A stretch of DNA of 64,000 nucleotides from an uncultured Planctomycetia bacterium (GTDB lineage Bacteria > Omnitrophota > Gorgyraeia > Duberdicusellales > 4484-171): the NCBI GenBank assembly GCA_964489445.1, contig CAZAYU010000001.1, positions 74,717 to 138,716 on the forward strand, given 5' to 3'. A model generated the notes under the pieces. That model was not told the origin of the DNA. It worked only from the letters and a program-made list of their open reading frames with translations, and did no database searches. Within the stretch, counting starts at the first letter, position 1. Every line of letters begins with the position of its first letter. Positions 56,729 to 64,000 of this stretch are shown one piece after another. The translations under genes and the position numbers were made by a program.

Positions 56729-57182
56729 AATTAAAAACATCACAATTTTGAAAAAAATTGTTTTAGACATGCGAAACAAGCACAAAAAAATTGTTTTCAC
56801 AAATGGATGTTTTGATTTGATACACCCTGGACATATTAAAATATTAAAAACAGCAAAAAAAACCGGAGATATTCTCATCGTTGCTTTAAATTCCGATAAT
56901 TCAGTAAAAAAAATTAAAGGCCCTAAACGCCCAATATTAAACGAAAAAGCACGTGCAACAATCTTGGAAAGTATTGGCGTAGTAGACTATATTATCTTAT
57001 TTAACCAAAAAACACCTTATGAATTGATTAAGGCTTTAAAGCCTGACATTCTAGTTAAAGGTGGAGACTGGAAGGAAAACGAAATAATCGGCGCAGACAT
57101 TACCAATAAAATTTACCGCGTAAAAATTAGACCAGGATACTCAACTAGTAAAATAATTGAAAAAATCAAAAAACATAATTGA
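56697..57182 (+). CDS. D-glycero-β-D-manno-heptose-1-phosphate adenylyltransferase (RfaE domain II / HldE C-terminal, cytidylyltransferase fold)
   Basis: 'KIVFTNGCFDLIHPGHIKIL' (HxGH nucleotidyltransferase motif), 'IVALNSDNSVKKIKGPKRP'. Confidence 0.8.
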   Translation: MNNILQKKMGKIKNITILKKIVLDMRNKHKKIVFTNGCFDLIHPGHIKILKTAKKTGDILIVALNSDNSVKKIKGPKRPILNEKARATILESIGVVDYIILFNQKTPYELIKALKPDILVKGGDWKENEIIGADITNKIYRVKIRPGYSTSKIIEKIKKHN

Positions 57183-57624
57183 TAGAGGTACACTAAGAAT
57201 TGTCGATGCCAATTTTAACCGCGCAAAGGAAGGATTGCGTGTCGCTGAAGATATATTTAGGTTCGCTATCTCTAATGATTCTCTTCGTAAAAAGGCAAGA
57301 CGTCTAAGACATGCTTTAGACCCACTAAACAGAGAAATAATCCTTCAAAAGTCTATTCTAAGCCGCTGCACCAAAGAAGATCTTGGCCGAAAAACAGATT
57401 GCCTTGAAATTAAACGAAGGAATTTAAATAGTATCTTGTATGCTAACTTACAAAGAGCCAAGGAAGCACTGAGAGTGCTAGAGGAAACGTTTAAATTAAT
57501 AACACCCAAAGCTGTCCCGACAATTAAAAAAATTAGATATGCGATATACACCCTGGAAAAAGAAGCTACTAAAGCCTGGCCTCCTTTATGTGATCCTCGA
57601 CACGAGGATAATCAACAGCGCTAA
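57157..57624 (+). CDS. Hypothetical protein. It overlaps thiE by 86 nt and may be an N-terminal domain frameshifted from thiE.
   Basis: 155 aa, basic, helical ('RAKEGLRVAEDIFRF…LQRAKEALRVLEETFKL'). No catalytic motif recognised. Ends in the +1 frame relative to thiE across an A5 run. Confidence 0.35.
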   Translation: MKKSKNIIDRGTLRIVDANFNRAKEGLRVAEDIFRFAISNDSLRKKARRLRHALDPLNREIILQKSILSRCTKEDLGRKTDCLEIKRRNLNSILYANLQRAKEALRVLEETFKLITPKAVPTIKKIRYAIYTLEKEATKAWPPLCDPRHEDNQQR

Positions 57625-58201
57625 TAAAAATATTTTTCTGCTAACAGATAAATTAGCATATTATGGTGTTGATATTTTCCAATTACGCATAAATAATGCC
57701 AATGATAAAGAGATAGAAGATACCGCTATAAAAATCGCACATATTGTTCATAAACAAAAAAAAATATTTATAGTAAATAACCGAGCCGATATTGCGTGTA
57801 TATCTAAGGCGGACGGATTACATTTAGGGAATAAAGATATTTCTCCGATAAACGCACGAAAAATAATCGGTAAAAATGCATTAATTGGAAAGACTGTTCA
57901 TTCTTTATCCGAAGCTAAATTATTTCAAAAAGAATGCGTAGACTATTTAAGCATCGGTCCAGTATTTTCAACAAAAATAAAAAAACATTTACCTCAATTG
58001 GGTATTAACAAATTAAAAGCTATTTGTGCTAGCACCTCAAAACTAATATTTGCTATCGGCGGCATAAATCTGTATAATGTACACTCATTAGCTAAGGCAA
58101 ACATTCAAAACATAGCACTTTGCCAGGGGATAATCTTAACTAATAAGGGAATTAAGACTACCATAAACCAATATAAAAAATGTTTAGTAAAAGCTTCTTA
58201 A
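57539..58201 (+). CDS. thiE: Thiamine-phosphate synthase
   Basis: 'LLYVILDT' (cf. LYxITD), 'FQLRINNANDKE', 'IGKTVHSLSEA', 'DYLSIGPVFSTKIK', 'IFAIGGIN'. Confidence 0.8.
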   Translation: MRYTPWKKKLLKPGLLYVILDTRIINSANKNIFLLTDKLAYYGVDIFQLRINNANDKEIEDTAIKIAHIVHKQKKIFIVNNRADIACISKADGLHLGNKDISPINARKIIGKNALIGKTVHSLSEAKLFQKECVDYLSIGPVFSTKIKKHLPQLGINKLKAICASTSKLIFAIGGINLYNVHSLAKANIQNIALCQGIILTNKGIKTTINQYKKCLVKAS

Positions 58202-59430
58202 GCCATTTAGCAAAAAAAGAAAAAGTCAGCATTTCTTTTCTAAGACGACAATTAGATAACGGAAAAATTGTTATTCCATTGAATAAGAAAAGAAATATCC
58301 CTAACCCATGCGCTATAGGTACAGGATTAAAAGTTAAAATAAACACGAATATTGGGTTATCCACTAAGGAAGTTGATACTAAAGTAGAACTAAAAAAGGT
58401 TTTTCGAGCCTGCAAATACAACACAGATACTATTATGGACTTAAGTGTTGCTGATAATTTTCAACAGTTACGCAATCAAACATTAAAAAAATGCCCCGTC
58501 CCCTTAGGTACTGTTCCAATATACGAAGCAGTTATTGCTGCAAAAAATAAAAAAAAAGAAATTGAGGATATTACTTTCGAGGATATTTTTAGCGTTTTAA
58601 AAAAACAAGCTGATGAGGGAATTGATTTCTTTACAATACATGCGGGAATTTTAAGAAAAGCAATCTCAATGTTAAAACAAAAAAGAAGAGTGGGGGGAAT
58701 TGTAAGTAGAGGAGGAGCACTGCTTGCTCGTTGGATGTCCGCAAACAAAAAAGAAAACCCGTTTTACGACAACTTTGATAAAATACTTAAATTAGCTAAA
58801 GATTATAACATTACCTTAAGCCTGGGTGACGCTTTACGTCCAGGTGCAATCGCTGATTCTACCGATAAATTACAAATACTTGAATTACGCACTCTGGGAG
58901 AGTTAGTAAAAAGATGCAGAAAAAAGGGAGTTCAGGTGATGGTGGAAGGACCTGGTCATATTCGGTTAGACGAAATACCAATGAACATGATGCTCGAGAA
59001 AAAGTACTGTCATGGTGCCCCTTTCTATGTTCTTGGCCCGCTAACTACAGATATCGCTGCTGGATACGATCATATCACTTCAGCCATCGGCGGAGCAATC
59101 GCAGCATTTTACGGTGCCGATTTCTTATGTGTAGTAACTCCGGCTGAACACCTCCGACACCCAACATCTGACGACATCCAGGATGGTGTTATCGCTTCAA
59201 GTATTGCTGCTCACTCTGTTAACGTTTTGCGCTTCAAAGATGAATGGGAAAAAGATAAACTCCTTTCACGCTACAGAGCTAAGCGAAACTGGGACAAGAT
59301 ACTTGAAAAAACCATCGACACTGATAAAGCTAAACAATACAGAAAAAAAATAAAATCTTCCGAAAGCACATGTTCAATGTGCGGTGATTTTTGCTCTCTA
59401 AAAATTACCGAGGAATGTAATCTACTTTGA
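58180..59430 (+). CDS. thiC: Phosphomethylpyrimidine synthase ThiC (short anaerobe/archaeal-type form)
   Basis: 'VEGPGHIRLDEIPMNM', 'YVLGPLTTDIAAGYDHITSAIG', C-terminal 'CSMCGDFCSLK' Fe-S motif. 416 aa. Confidence 0.9.
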   Translation: MFSKSFLSHLAKKEKVSISFLRRQLDNGKIVIPLNKKRNIPNPCAIGTGLKVKINTNIGLSTKEVDTKVELKKVFRACKYNTDTIMDLSVADNFQQLRNQTLKKCPVPLGTVPIYEAVIAAKNKKKEIEDITFEDIFSVLKKQADEGIDFFTIHAGILRKAISMLKQKRRVGGIVSRGGALLARWMSANKKENPFYDNFDKILKLAKDYNITLSLGDALRPGAIADSTDKLQILELRTLGELVKRCRKKGVQVMVEGPGHIRLDEIPMNMMLEKKYCHGAPFYVLGPLTTDIAAGYDHITSAIGGAIAAFYGADFLCVVTPAEHLRHPTSDDIQDGVIASSIAAHSVNVLRFKDEWEKDKLLSRYRAKRNWDKILEKTIDTDKAKQYRKKIKSSESTCSMCGDFCSLKITEECNLL

Positions 59431-59523
59431 TAAGTGTTTGGTTCCCAATTGTTTATAACAAATATATTTTCCTTATCTAGAAAATGATATTTATCTTTCA
59501 GATTAAGTATAATTACAAAGCAT

Positions 59524-59594
59524 GCGGGCGTGGTTCAATGGTAGAACATTAGCTTCCCAAGCTAGTAACGGCGGTTCGATTCCGCTCGCCCGCT
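59524..59594 (+). tRNA. tRNA-Gly (anticodon CCC)
   Basis: Acceptor GCGGGCG/CGCCCGC, short D-arm GTTC…GAAC, anticodon loop TTCCCAA, T-loop GGTTCGATTCC. Confidence 0.9.
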
Positions 59595-59757
59595 TGTAGG
59601 CTAGATTTATGAACACATGTTGTTGACGCTAAAAAAAATTATTTTGAAAAATAAAGCAATGTAGGCTACTTAAAACTAGCTAAATTATTCTTATTGCTTT
59701 ATTTACACTTTAAGATAATATGTCTATTAATCCTTTTTTAACTGTTGTATTTTTTAA

Positions 59758-60411
59758 ATGAATAATATATTTCTTTTATTTATAACCATTGGTTTTACTT
59801 CGTGTGTTTCAGCTGGCCCAGCACTTCAATCATCTTCTCAACAATTTTATCCTAGCTCCATACTCAAAGAAAGTACTATTTCCCATTATGTTAAAAAGGG
59901 AGATTCCTTATGGAAAATATCCCGACTATACTCAACCAGCATCAGCGAATTGATGAAAAAAAATAAAATTACTTCCCCCAAAGATCTAAAAATTGGCCAA
60001 ATAATTTACATCCCTCAATACCGCACCACAAAAAATAAAAAATCCTTTATTTTTCCGGTTAATGGCGAAATAATAAGTTTTTTTGGCGAGAATACAAAGA
60101 ATCTGGCAAATAATGGAATAGATATTAGCTTAAATACTAGCAATAAGAATGTTCATGCCGCTTTAAGCGGAAAAGTAGTTTTTGCGCGTAATCTTAAAGG
60201 GTGGGGTAAGGCTATCATTTTAAAACATGACTATAGTTTTTACACAATTTATGCTAACATAAGCATTACCTTAGTTGAGGAGGACAATTATGCAAAAAAG
60301 GGGGATTTGATCGGTCGTTTAGCTTCTAATAGTAACAACCAGCCCGTTTTGCATTTTGAAATAAGAAAAAACCATATTCCGCAAAATCCATTAAAATACA
60401 TTAGTAATTAG
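59758..60411 (+). CDS. LysM-domain peptidoglycan-binding M23 (LytM-type) metalloendopeptidase
   Basis: Signal peptide. LysM 'HYVKKGDSLWKISRLYSTSISELMKKNKI'. M23 'GIDISL…VHAALSGKVVFA…GKAIILKHDYSFYTIYANI'. Confidence 0.8.
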   Translation: MNNIFLLFITIGFTSCVSAGPALQSSSQQFYPSSILKESTISHYVKKGDSLWKISRLYSTSISELMKKNKITSPKDLKIGQIIYIPQYRTTKNKKSFIFPVNGEIISFFGENTKNLANNGIDISLNTSNKNVHAALSGKVVFARNLKGWGKAIILKHDYSFYTIYANISITLVEEDNYAKKGDLIGRLASNSNNQPVLHFEIRKNHIPQNPLKYISN

Positions 60412-60415
60412 TTTC

Positions 60416-62002
60416 ATGAATAAAAATAAATTACAACCAAATATGCTTTTCCCGTTAGTTAAGCGGATAAAAGCCTTCTCTCAAGGATACAGGCAAAATA
60501 TAGTTTTAATTGGGCAAGATACATCTGAGATATCTCATCTCTTAGAAAATTATATTACTTCTATCAAAATAGACAATACAACCTACATCCATGTATCCGC
60601 ATCCTGCGCAGATAAAAAAGAATTTCTAAAAGCTACTGCACTTTCCTTGCTAGGCAATTACACTGGTTCAAGTAGTAATCTAGATACCTTAATCAATAAT
60701 TCTGCTGTTAGTTTAAAATCAACAGTAACCTACATAAAAAACCAGCTCAGAAAAACAAATACTTCATTCTTAGATATTCTAGAAACAATTAATAAATTCA
60801 GTAATGAGACAAAAAATAAATGTATTTTGATCATTGAAGATTTTATTGACTTAAAGGAAATATTTAACAATTTTTACCAAGACTTCGCTAAATTCATCAC
60901 ACTTCAAAGAAATTGCATGATAATCTTATCTACTATTAACCATAAAAGCGCTGACAAGATTCTTTCAGGGGATTTAAACTTATTGTTCGGTAATTTTGAA
61001 AAAATAACACTATCTAGAACACCTTCCTTAGACAATTTACTCTACCTAAAAGAACTAATATTTCCATTTTCTCCGTCGCCATTTTTTCTTTCCTTTTTTT
61101 CTGAAATTGCTGGAAACAACTTAACCTACTATCCTACCCTAGCCAAGGCAATACAAAGTAGCTATCACCCAGACAGCGAGGAAGATTCAATAATTTCCAT
61201 CGTACGAGATATTCTTTACCACAGAGAAACATTTTTTTTCCAAAAGTTTTCTAAAAAAATTAACTCAATCAAAGAAAAAACAAAAACCTATTTTCCAATA
61301 ATACAACTACTAACAGCGCTAAGTGAAGGATACTTGAGAAAAAACGAGCTACTAGGCATACTAAATTGGAGCACCAGAATGCTAAATGCTAGGCTGCAAA
61401 TACTTTCCGATTTGAATTACATTGAAAACTTGGGAACAATTTATAAGATTAATGACCCTTTATTCTCTTTCTGGCTTAATTGTGTGTTCCGTTTCTACTG
61501 TTTACCTCCCATACTCAATCCTTCTCGCCGGATATCACTCTACAGGCAAAAAATACGAGAAAATATCATCACCTTCAAGGAGGACTTTTTCAAAAGCAAG
61601 ATCAAAAAAATGATTCAATTATTTTTGGCATTTCAAAATGACAAGATTAAGCTAGAAAAAGCAAAATACAGTCTCCCGTTAATAAAAAGGACAAAGATAA
61701 TTTCTTATCCTGAAAAAGATTTCCACATTTTTGTTGGAGAAGGAAAAGGAATTATTTTTGCTGGAATTAAAGAGAATGACGCCCAAGAGAGTGATATATT
61801 TGATTTCATTGAGAAAAGCTCCGCGGTTAGAGGAAAACAAGTAAAAAAAATATTCGTATCACTAGGGATTCTTCCACCTACAGCACGCACTATTGCTAAA
61901 AACAACAAAGTGTTAATTTGGGATGTCAACGAAGTCAATCGTCTTTTTAGTATTTACAATAAACCATTAGTCGGCTCACATAAAAAAATAATTAACAAAT
62001 AG
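60416..62002 (+). CDS. Archaeal-type ATPase-like protein with a degenerate Walker A, a central winged helix and a C-terminal DUF234-like (restriction-endonuclease-fold) domain. Function unknown.
   Basis: The position where Arch_ATPase proteins have GxxxxGKT reads 'IVLIGQDTSEISHLLE'. A Walker-B-like 'CILIIEDFIDL' is present. wHTH 'LRKNELLGILNWSTRMLNARLQILSDLNYIE'. The C-terminus is 'HIFVGEGKGIIFAGIKENDAQESD…KVLIWDVNEVN'. Confidence 0.4.
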   Translation: MNKNKLQPNMLFPLVKRIKAFSQGYRQNIVLIGQDTSEISHLLENYITSIKIDNTTYIHVSASCADKKEFLKATALSLLGNYTGSSSNLDTLINNSAVSLKSTVTYIKNQLRKTNTSFLDILETINKFSNETKNKCILIIEDFIDLKEIFNNFYQDFAKFITLQRNCMIILSTINHKSADKILSGDLNLLFGNFEKITLSRTPSLDNLLYLKELIFPFSPSPFFLSFFSEIAGNNLTYYPTLAKAIQSSYHPDSEEDSIISIVRDILYHRETFFFQKFSKKINSIKEKTKTYFPIIQLLTALSEGYLRKNELLGILNWSTRMLNARLQILSDLNYIENLGTIYKINDPLFSFWLNCVFRFYCLPPILNPSRRISLYRQKIRENIITFKEDFFKSKIKKMIQLFLAFQNDKIKLEKAKYSLPLIKRTKIISYPEKDFHIFVGEGKGIIFAGIKENDAQESDIFDFIEKSSAVRGKQVKKIFVSLGILPPTARTIAKNNKVLIWDVNEVNRLFSIYNKPLVGSHKKIINK

Positions 62003-62015
62003 AGTTTTATAGATA

Positions 62016-62513
62016 ATGAGAATTCTAGTAATTTCTGATACTCACATACCTACTACCGCCGATAGACTCCCCAAGATAATCGAAAAAGAAGCAAGGATTA
62101 GCGATTGCTGTATACACGCTGGAGACTTTACTTCCTATGCTACTCTTGTAAGATTAAAAAAAATTACTAAAGTTTACGGAGTCTGTGGTAATATGGACGA
62201 TGTAGCCATACAGAAAGCTCTTCCTAAACAGCAAGTTATCGTGCTTGATAAACTTACCATCGGCATTACTCACGGATACGGCAAGCCCAATGACACCCCT
62301 AAGCAAATTAAAAAAACATTTTCCTTTTATAATGAAAAAATCGATATATTTATTTTTGGCCATTCCCACAGGTCACTTGACAAGGAAATTAACGGACAAC
62401 TCTTTTTTAATCCTGGATCACCAACCGACACATTCTATGCTCCTTATACTTCCTATGGCGTAATAGAACTCACGAACGGAAAAATTAAAAGAAAGATTAT
62501 AAAAAATGGATAA
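62016..62513 (+). CDS. YfcE/MJ0936-family metallophosphoesterase
   Basis: 'MRILVISDTHIP', 'HAGDF', 'GNMD', 'ITHGYG', 'FIFGHSH'. These are the calcineurin-like motifs I-V in a 165-aa protein. Confidence 0.8.
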   Translation: MRILVISDTHIPTTADRLPKIIEKEARISDCCIHAGDFTSYATLVRLKKITKVYGVCGNMDDVAIQKALPKQQVIVLDKLTIGITHGYGKPNDTPKQIKKTFSFYNEKIDIFIFGHSHRSLDKEINGQLFFNPGSPTDTFYAPYTSYGVIELTNGKIKRKIIKNG

Positions 62514-62979
62514 GCTTTGGGCCCCATGGAGAATAAAATATATCACACAAAAAAAGAAAAAGGGATGTATCTTTTGCCAAATTCATAATAAAAAACAGGA
62601 TAATAAAAACTTTGTTATCTTTAGAGCAAAATATTGTCTTGCCGTTCTTAACATTTTTCCGTACAATAATGGACATACATTATTGGTACCCAATCGTCAC
62701 ATTAAAACGCTAGAAGCCTTGACTGATCAAGAATTAATTGATATAAACAAAAGTTTAATCCGAATGAAAAAAATATTAAAAAAAACCTTAAGACCTGCGG
62801 GATTCAATATTGGTATTAATATCGGGAAAGTATCTGGAGCCGGGATTGATAATCATATTCATTTCCATATTGTCCCACGCTGGCTAGGTGATACAAATTT
62901 TATGCCAATCACTGCTTCAACTAAGATAATTTCTCAAAGTCTTAAGGAGCTACACAAACAACTCACAAAAAACATATGA
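62506..62979 (+). CDS. HIT-family nucleotide hydrolase/transferase
   Basis: 'WAPWRIKYI', 'GCIFCQI', histidine triad 'HIHFHIVPR'. It overlaps the upstream gene by 8 nt, and its stop overlaps the next start (ATGA). Confidence 0.8.
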   Translation: MDKLWAPWRIKYITQKKKKGCIFCQIHNKKQDNKNFVIFRAKYCLAVLNIFPYNNGHTLLVPNRHIKTLEALTDQELIDINKSLIRMKKILKKTLRPAGFNIGINIGKVSGAGIDNHIHFHIVPRWLGDTNFMPITASTKIISQSLKELHKQLTKNI

Positions 62980-64000
62980 GTATAAAACGACACAAAACAA
63001 GATTTGCCTCCTACCATACTGTCTACCGTCTTACCACATCTTTTGCTGACCTTAAAAGCTTTGCAATAGGAATCTGCCGCCTTTATCGAAAAACGTTTAA
63101 TGCCGAAAAAGTAACTCTGATATGTAAAAATATTGGATTCCAAGGGTTTTTAAAGGTACGCATAGAAAATAAACAACAATATTTAAAAAAGGGTGGCAAA
63201 TCAATCCTTACAAGCGTTGAAAAGGAAATAATAAAACAGGAACGCGAAATGATTTTTTCTAACCGACTTATTTGCCCATTTATATTTTCAGAGACTTTAG
63301 GCGGCATTTATGTAAAACGTGATTCTAAACTAAAGCTATTCACCGAAACAGAAAAGGCTCACTTCCTCTCGTTATGTGAGGAAGTAAGTCTCAGTTTAAA
63401 AGTATTTTCCTTATATCACGAGCAGCAGAAAATTATGTTAAACCACATAAAATATTTATCTAAATTTCTTAACCAATACGTACCAACTTCCTACTTACAC
63501 ACAAAAACTATATCCCGCCTAATTAAAAACATATGTACAGCCATGAAACTGTCGGATGCGGAAACAAAATCTTTAGTTCATGCGGCATTACTGCACGACG
63601 CCGGAAAAATTCAAGTTCCCTCAAATTTACTTGAGAAACAAAAACCACTGACTGATGATGAATTTAAACTAATTTCTAAGCACCCAAGAAAAGGTATAGA
63701 GCTAATTAAAAATCTTGAAATTTTAAAACCAGCCATCCCCATAATACTACATCACCATGAGCGATACGACGGAAAAGGATACCCTTCGGGCCTTAAAAAA
63801 GAAAAGATACCCCTAGGTTCACGGATTCTTTCTATACTAGACACCTTTGACGCAATGTATTTTGGGCGTCCTTACAGCAAAGAAAAAACATTAGAGGAAA
63901 TTGAAGAGGAATTTAAAAAACAAAAAGGAAAACAATTTGACCCAAAAATTGTAGATATTTTCCTAAAAATTCTTAAAAGAAAAAGCGTTCAAAAAATATT
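62976..64000 (+). CDS. Sensor-domain (GAF-like) plus HD-GYP phosphodiesterase, 3'-truncated by the window end. Not in the ORF track because no stop is reached.
   Basis: The frame is open from the ATG at 62976 to the window end. 'LLHDAGKIQVP' (HD) and 'HHHERYDGKGYP' (GYP). An N-terminal ~200 aa sensor region. Confidence 0.75.
   Translation, partial: MSIKRHKTRFASYHTVYRLTTSFADLKSFAIGICRLYRKTFNAEKVTLICKNIGFQGFLKVRIENKQQYLKKGGKSILTSVEKEIIKQEREMIFSNRLICPFIFSETLGGIYVKRDSKLKLFTETEKAHFLSLCEEVSLSLKVFSLYHEQQKIMLNHIKYLSKFLNQYVPTSYLHTKTISRLIKNICTAMKLSDAETKSLVHAALLHDAGKIQVPSNLLEKQKPLTDDEFKLISKHPRKGIELIKNLEILKPAIPIILHHHERYDGKGYPSGLKKEKIPLGSRILSILDTFDAMYFGRPYSKEKTLEEIEEEFKKQKGKQFDPKIVDIFLKILKRKSVQKI

Noticed and set aside
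56700-58200. Expected TPP riboswitch upstream of thiE/thiC
   Set aside because: I scanned for the CUGAGA / ACCUGAUCUGGAUAAUGCCAGCG core and did not find it. thiE overlaps the upstream ORF and thiC overlaps thiE, leaving no leader. Regulation must lie further upstream or be absent.
1-64000. CRISPR arrays, IS elements, integrases, prophage
   Set aside because: There are no regularly spaced direct repeats, no transposase or integrase-like ORFs, and no phage structural gene cluster. The lone tail-fibre-like gene has no phage neighbours, and the tRNA genes are not flanked by integrase or att-like duplications.

Overview
This is an AT-rich, gene-dense 64 kb chromosomal window. It contains about 70 protein genes, four tRNAs (Met-CAU, Val-CAC, Thr-CGU, Gly-CCC) and a tmRNA. 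I found no transposases, integrases, CRISPR arrays or prophage cores.

Most of the content is core metabolism and cell-envelope housekeeping. The organism looks like an anaerobic, diderm-type bacterium. Periplasmic chaperone PpiD/SurA-like, lipoproteins, a TonB-like protein, FtsH-HflKC and MreBCD-PBP2-RodA all support the diderm assignment.

Recognisable blocks are:
- Pyruvate:ferredoxin oxidoreductase plus ferredoxin.
- A complete rnfCDGEAB ion-translocating ferredoxin:NAD+ oxidoreductase operon.
- yebC-ruvC-ruvA-scpB-metK-ahcY-pfk-aldolase-ilvD.
- mreBCD-mrdA-rodA.
- A polyamine operon with two SpeH-like pyruvoyl proenzymes flanking speE.
- ftsH divergent from hflKC.
- purN and purU.
- A sugar ABC importer followed by two paralogous GH2-TIM-like hydrolases and a tandem carbohydrate-binding-like repeat protein.
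- aroQ, a pepP-like peptidase, efp, accBC.
- A second, PPi-type phosphofructokinase.
- gmhA-rfaE(II).
- thiE-thiC.
- HD-GYP phosphodiesterases at both window edges.

The most unusual locus lies just downstream of rnfB:
- A ~250 nt polypurine (GA-rich, GGATAAG-like repeat) tract.
- A G9 homopolymer sitting exactly over the ribosome-binding region of a signal-peptide-bearing fibre protein. This protein carries three 'GNVGIGTTxP' repeats and a C-terminal phage-tail-spike-type intramolecular-chaperone (peptidase S74) autocleavage domain. It is a strong candidate for a phase-variable surface fibre.
- An RseC-like small membrane protein translationally coupled to purN.

Other points worth follow-up:
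- A PFK paralogue with a degenerate GGDxPGMN loop.
- A SpeH paralogue lacking the canonical Glu-Ser processing site.
- A possible frameshifted fusion upstream of thiE.
- An ATPase-like/DUF234-like protein with a degenerate Walker A.
- A metallophosphoesterase-HIT-HD-GYP gene trio with overlapping stop/start codons.
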